Below, one piece after another: positions 62,042-64,000 of a stretch of 64,000 nt of DNA; position 1 is the stretch's first letter, and each line of letters starts with the position of its first letter. The notes beneath the pieces are model-generated. The model saw only the letters and a program-made list of their open reading frames with translations, was not told the DNA's origin and searched no databases. The DNA lies in contig JBIKUX010000008.1 in NCBI GenBank assembly GCA_044347345.1, positions 1 through 64,000 on the forward strand, read 5' to 3'. The translations under genes were made by a program, and so were the position numbers. The stretch is from Bdellovibrionota bacterium (GTDB taxonomy: Bacteria; Bdellovibrionota_C; UBA2361; JBIKUX01).

Positions 62042-63217
62042 ATGAAACAAAAACTCGAAGATTTACGTTTACTCGTTCAAGGCTCGCGCAAGGCTAAATT
62101 TGCTGTGTTCATGGGGATATTAATGATCCTCTTTCTTATCTTCGGACCAAAGGGAGCACCTCCTCGAAAAAGGCCGATACCTACAGCTCAGGAAAAAGGT
62201 ACTGAACCAACCACTCTTTCCGCGACAAAAGAACAGTCGGGAGATCTATTAGTACGATTTCAAACCGACGTAGAACAAATTCAAAAAAGCATTCAACAAA
62301 CTCAACAAGAAACTATTCAACTGAAAGAAGATTTGAAAGAAAACGAAGAACGTACCGCTCAAATACTCAAAAAAGTAATTGAAAGAATGGCTGATCAAGA
62401 TAGCACCTCTTCTGGTGGGGCTAATAGCCCAACAGGTGCACCAGTAACAGCTGAAGACCCCTACGCAACAACTGCTCCTGATGACGACGAAGAGGAACAA
62501 CTTGAAGGTTTTGGTAATGAAGAGCCAGAGGTTCTTCCGCCACCGCCACCACCACAAAAAAAAGTAGCCTTCGTAGGAGCTGGAGACTCAGTAAGAGTTA
62601 AACTACTTGCTGGAGTAAATGCCCCAACAGATGGCACCCCATACCCCGTCGTATTTGAATTAAGTGGCGATGTAAACGGCCCTGACGGTTCAACACTACC
62701 GTTAGGTGGGGCACGTTTGATTGCTGCGGCTCAAGGGTCTCTGACTGACCAACGAGCATTATTTCGTCTTACATCACTAAACATTCAACTGCCAAGCGGC
62801 GAGAGAAAAGTTTATGACGTAGATGGTTGGATTGTCGGAGAGGACGGCGTTCGAGGAATGTCTGGAGTTTTGATTGACCCAATCGGCAAAGCTATAGCTG
62901 GAGCCGCAATGACTGGTGCCATCGAAGGTGCCGGTCAAGGCCTGGCACAGTCAAATCAACAGGTATTTCAAAATGGCCAAGGAGGTGTATCCGTAATCAC
63001 AAATGGGAGCTTGACTGAATTTGCGGCGGGTCGAGCCGCAGCACGAGCATCTCAAGAATGGTCAGGTATAATCCGTCAGAGGTTAAATGCAATGGTTCCA
63101 GTAGTACAAGTATTATCAGGTCGTGAAGCAACTGCTGTTTTTTCAAAAAATCTCGCTGTAGAGGGATTAATTGAAGCTCTTGACGACGAAGAGAATGTTT
63201 ATGCATCACTCGATTAA
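62042..63217 (+). CDS. traB: TraB (VirB10-family) F-type T4SS protein
   Basis: TM, coiled coil, Pro-rich linker, LLAGVNAPT, GSLTDQRA..RL, GWIVGEDGVRGMSG, PVVQVLSGR...VF. Confidence 0.9.
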   Translation: MKQKLEDLRLLVQGSRKAKFAVFMGILMILFLIFGPKGAPPRKRPIPTAQEKGTEPTTLSATKEQSGDLLVRFQTDVEQIQKSIQQTQQETIQLKEDLKENEERTAQILKKVIERMADQDSTSSGGANSPTGAPVTAEDPYATTAPDDDEEEQLEGFGNEEPEVLPPPPPPQKKVAFVGAGDSVRVKLLAGVNAPTDGTPYPVVFELSGDVNGPDGSTLPLGGARLIAAAQGSLTDQRALFRLTSLNIQLPSGERKVYDVDGWIVGEDGVRGMSGVLIDPIGKAIAGAAMTGAIEGAGQGLAQSNQQVFQNGQGGVSVITNGSLTEFAAGRAAARASQEWSGIIRQRLNAMVPVVQVLSGREATAVFSKNLAVEGLIEALDDEENVYASLD

Positions 63218-63236
63218 ATTTATAGGCCAAACAAGT

Positions 63237-63680
63237 ATGACTCTCATTATGCGAGCATTTAGGCTTCTCTTACTATCCACAGTTATCTCAGCTTTTGTAG
63301 CATGTTCTACTGTTGGCAATGTAATGAACCCTTTTTATGAAGATCCAGCTCCAGAGGCTCTCTTAGGTAATCGTAACGACCACGCTTTAAACGGTGAGCA
63401 GTCAAAGGGCAGTACCGCTAGAGCAGCTCTTGAACAAATGGCATCCTATCAAGCTGCACAACCGCCTGGACCAAATAGACCAGTTATAAATCCTGCTGTA
63501 GTGAGACTTATGTGGGTGCCAGACCATGTAAACAGTAATGGAGATCTTGTCCCAGCTCATTTCTATTATCTAAAAGTTAAAAAAGAAGACTGGGCTGTAA
63601 GAGATGCTTTTGAACTAGAATCACAACTGGGATCTCGCTCTGGTGATGCGAGCTCAGTACCTTATGTCCCAGTTAAATAA
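63237..63680 (+). CDS. traV: TraV lipoprotein (start at ATG 63237; ORF extends to 63171)
   Basis: FVAC lipobox; RLMWVPDHVNSNGDLVPAHFYYLKV..EDW matches TraV motif. Confidence 0.85.
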   Translation: MTLIMRAFRLLLLSTVISAFVACSTVGNVMNPFYEDPAPEALLGNRNDHALNGEQSKGSTARAALEQMASYQAAQPPGPNRPVINPAVVRLMWVPDHVNSNGDLVPAHFYYLKVKKEDWAVRDAFELESQLGSRSGDASSVPYVPVK

Positions 63681-63733
63681 GTAGGAGAACATCAAAGAAT
63701 TGAGCAATCACTTAAAAGCTATCATAATAAAAG

Positions 63734-64000
63734 ATGAAACTTGTAATGCCTCTCTTAATATTTTCGGGTAATTATGCTGGAAATCATAAAGGCTACATTA
63801 CTAGGCTCTATCAGCAATATACGTGTGCTATAGTAGCTATTGCTACTATAGCTTTATCGATATTAGTCGGATGTTCAAAGTCATCACGCCCAGCTTTAGA
63901 AGTAAATTCTAATTTACAGAGTAAAGTTAAAGAAAGAGTCTATTTTTTTCCTACCCGACAGCTTCCGCCTCCTCCAGTTTATGGAAGACTAATGTCAGTG
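63734..64000 (+). CDS. partial lipoprotein continuing the tra-like operon
   Basis: Not in ORF track. 89 open codons to the edge, with AIVAIATIALSILVGC lipobox and RQLPPPPVYGR. Confidence 0.6.
   Translation, partial: MKLVMPLLIFSGNYAGNHKGYITRLYQQYTCAIVAIATIALSILVGCSKSSRPALEVNSNLQSKVKERVYFFPTRQLPPPPVYGRLMSV

Overview
Bacterial chromosomal window, AT-rich overall, from a diderm (TonB-dependent receptor, lipoproteins, flagellar hook gene). The gene families feel deltaproteobacterial/Bdellovibrionota-like, but that is an unverified impression. Most of 0-45 kb is housekeeping: hemL, hemY and hemH, Fe/Mn SOD, serA, SWIM-SNF2 helicase plus rmuC, ihfA, an M16 peptidase pair, fabD, ung, thiN, a His-rich ZnuD-like receptor and addB-addA. 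The 45-53 kb region is accessory: a GT2 plus flippase-like pair, AT-rich ORFans, and a GC-richer cassette. That cassette holds a tyrosine recombinase and a divergent KfrA/TnpT-like gene around a dif-like 10-6-10 site, plus an unannotated frameshifted Mrr remnant. At the right end an F-type T4SS core operon begins (unknown secreted protein, traL-like, traE-like, traK, traB, traV, a further lipoprotein). It matches the chromosome in composition and is transcribed divergently from a gene whose product resembles a Whirly-fold ssDNA-binding protein. This locus is the best candidate for an undescribed system. No tRNA, rRNA or CRISPR array was recognised. All calls are by-eye motif recognition; no searches were run.
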